Program-made: the position numbers and the translations under genes
Part shown: positions 62,252-64,000 of the stretch, one piece after another
Position numbering within the stretch: the stretch's first letter is position 1
Layout of the letters: every line of letters begins with the position of its first letter
The notes under the pieces: generated by a model
What the model was told of the DNA's origin: nothing
Seen by the model: the letters and a program-made list of their open reading frames with translations, nothing else
Database searches by the model: none
Assembly (NCBI GenBank): GCA_937991435.1
Contig: CALKPY010000094.1
Location: 15,262 to 79,261, forward strand
Direction: 5' to 3'
Origin: an uncultured Acidimicrobiales bacterium
Lineage (GTDB): Bacteria > Actinomycetota > Acidimicrobiia > Acidimicrobiales > UBA10347
DNA length: 64,000 nucleotides

Positions 62252-63084
62252 TCGTCGCTCACCGTAGTTTCTTCGCTGTGGTCATCGCCATGGTCACCAT
62301 GGTGTTCTATGTCACGCGGACCAACGGCTGCCGAAAGCACGCCGAGGCCGATAATGCCGATGGCCAGGCCGCCAACCATGGCGCCCATGGTGCGTCGGCT
62401 GAGGCCGGGTTTGTAGATAGCAATCAACGCCACCGCTAACACGATCAGTGCCAGCACACCAGCAACGGCAACAGATCCGAATTTGCTCACGGTGAGGAAG
62501 ATGCGAGAGATGGCAATGGCGATGACCGCAAGGCCCGCCGTTGCGAGCAGCGGGATTTCAAGAGGCGCAACGACACGGCTGCGAATTGCGCTGTTTGTGT
62601 CGGCGTCTCCGGTTGCCCGGTCGGCCCAGGTCGTCAGCGCCCACTCGGCGGCGACGACCGCCAAGATCACGAGGCCCATGATCCAAAAGGCGCTGGTCTC
62701 GAGTACGAGACCCATCAGCAACACGCCTACGCCAAGAGCGCCAGCAAAAGGCCACCAGCTTGGTGCGGTGGGTCGCTGGGCGGGAGGTAGTGCAGAGGTC
62801 GTGCCGAGTTCGGCGACAGATTCCACATCGGCGTCGCGGAAGGCCACAACAGTTCCGCCGATCAGTGCGGCGCTCGACGCAAACGACAAGAGAACGAGAT
62901 AGCCGAAGCCACTGCCCACGTTGCCTTTCCAGCCAAGACTGATCAAGCCAATAACCGCTTCGCGGTCTACGAAACCGAAGTAGTCGGGGCCGGTGACATC
63001 GCCTGAGGAGAATCCGTAGATCAGCGCGCCGAGCACGCCCAATGCGGAAAGTCCAGCGAAGAGTTTAAATCCTGGGGTGAACAC
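62248..63084 (-). CDS. polytopic membrane protein with a CtaF-like (actinobacterial subunit IV) PSWWP segment
   Basis: 278 aa with about 8 TM. The central APSWWPFAGALGVGVLLMGLV...EW resembles the CtaF core. ATGA coupling to ctaC downstream. Confidence 0.45.
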   Translation of the reverse strand: MFTPGFKLFAGLSALGVLGALIYGFSSGDVTGPDYFGFVDREAVIGLISLGWKGNVGSGFGYLVLLSFASSAALIGGTVVAFRDADVESVAELGTTSALPPAQRPTAPSWWPFAGALGVGVLLMGLVLETSAFWIMGLVILAVVAAEWALTTWADRATGDADTNSAIRSRVVAPLEIPLLATAGLAVIAIAISRIFLTVSKFGSVAVAGVLALIVLAVALIAIYKPGLSRRTMGAMVGGLAIGIIGLGVLSAAVGPRDIEHHGDHGDDHSEETTVSDE

Positions 63085-63090
63085 AGCTGC

Positions 63091-63750
63091 CTACTTGGTG
63101 ATGAAGATCAGGATCCAGATAATGAAGTACAACGCCACCATGGCGTACCAGAACACCGCCACAGAGGCGACGCTGTCCACGTGTTCGCTAGTCGCGCTGC
63201 TTGCAAGGGCTCGGAAGGCCACAAACAACAACATGACAAGGGCAATTGCGATCATGCCCACATGAGAGGCAGTGATCGTATAAATCAAGGTGGCAGCGGC
63301 TGAACCGCTGACATCGTCGATGACAAGGCCGAGCTGCTTCCACTGGAATACGACCTGGTTAATGACGGCGACACCGAAGATCGCGGTGACGGCGAGCCCA
63401 AGCAGGCCATGGGCACGATCGTCACGCTTGTAGGAGTACACCGCCCACTGCATCGTGACGATGGACATGAGCAGGGTCCACGCCATGATCGTCGGCGGAG
63501 CCAACTCAACCGTCGCACTATCAGGAATCCAAGACGACGTGCGTTCGCCAGCAGCTTCGAGGCCATCTTGAGTGGTCAGGAATCGGTTGCGACTCGACAC
63601 ATATGCGCCGAACAGACCACCGAAATACATGATCGATGCCGCGGTCATGAGCGCGGTGCCGATTTGCACAGTGCGTGGTCGCGGCGTGAACGGGGCGGGA
63701 CCGTCGGTCACCACCATCGAACTCGGGTCGGTCAACGTGATCTCGGTCAT
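63091..63750 (-). CDS. heme-copper oxidase subunit III-like membrane protein (second copy, divergent)
   Basis: 219 aa with 5 TM, and subunit III-like topology and spacing. The terminal motif is VFWYAMVALYFIIWILIF, against YWHFVDIVWILIF in ctaE. Confidence 0.6.
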   Translation of the reverse strand: MTEITLTDPSSMVVTDGPAPFTPRPRTVQIGTALMTAASIMYFGGLFGAYVSSRNRFLTTQDGLEAAGERTSSWIPDSATVELAPPTIMAWTLLMSIVTMQWAVYSYKRDDRAHGLLGLAVTAIFGVAVINQVVFQWKQLGLVIDDVSGSAAATLIYTITASHVGMIAIALVMLLFVAFRALASSATSEHVDSVASVAVFWYAMVALYFIIWILIFITK

Positions 63751-64000
63751 GACATCACCTCGGCGTAGGGATTCTCAAAGTCGTCGTCGAGTAGTGGAGC
63801 TTCGGAGGTAACCACGAGCGGACCGGCAAAATTGCCAGGAACCGGCGGCGAGTCGGTCAGCCATTCGAGCGTGTGCCCGCCCCAGGGGTTGCGGGGATCT
63901 TCGTCGTCTTCGTCTCGGTCGTCACCAAAGACAAACGAACCGGCTACCGCAGCCAGAAGCGCAAGCACGCCGGCGAGTACGCCGATCGCTCCGACAAGGC
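63747..64000 (-). CDS. second heme-copper oxidase subunit I (3' end only; the gene continues beyond the window)
   Basis: ...NPWGGHTLEWLTDSPPVPGNFAGPLVVTSEAPLL is the conserved subunit I C-terminal motif. The frame stays open to position 64000. ATGA overlap with the next gene. Confidence 0.7.
   Translation of the reverse strand, partial: LVGAIGVLAGVLALLAAVAGSFVFGDDRDEDDEDPRNPWGGHTLEWLTDSPPVPGNFAGPLVVTSEAPLLDDDFENPYAEVMS

Overview
GC-rich (about 60% by eye) actinobacterial chromosomal segment. Lineage markers are mshA, a mycothiol-dependent DinB/MDMPI enzyme, a PIG-L deacetylase, a WhiB7-like regulator, a fused ada-alkA next to ogt, and frequent ATGA/GTGA start-stop overlaps. The window is densely coding, with about 80 genes, mostly housekeeping and redox/xenobiotic metabolism (4 SDRs, 2 VOC, 2 nitroreductases, 3 PPOX-fold proteins, P450, Rieske oxygenase, CoA-transferase, AtuA-like, TPP enzyme). 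Many ORF-track starts are over-extended, so I re-set them using motifs and neighbouring gene junctions. Features of note: (1) a crcB-crcB-dsbA/frnE operon in which the DsbA-like gene has one in-frame TGA exactly at the first Cys of its CPWC motif, followed by a hairpin; this is a candidate selenocysteine codon, or else a pseudogene. (2) A WhiB7-like gene behind a roughly 400-nt leader containing a uORF, an intrinsic terminator and a matching anti-terminator segment. (3) A soxR gene with a canonical SoxR box and 19-bp-spacer promoter driving a leaderless VOC gene. (4) A tRNA-Lys(UUU) flanked by a decayed large-serine-recombinase gene and lower-GC cargo: a lipoprotein with an apparently inactive YkuD-like domain, an unknown helical protein, and a hyper-acidic tail-anchored protein. 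(5) At the right end, a long co-directional heme-copper oxidase cluster with two modules: a subunit I/III/CtaF-like set, then caa3-type II-cyt c/I/III/IV plus CtaG. Four of its subunits carry His/Asp-rich tails. I saw no CRISPR array, rRNA or intact transposase. All functional calls rest on motifs read from the translations. No database search was possible.
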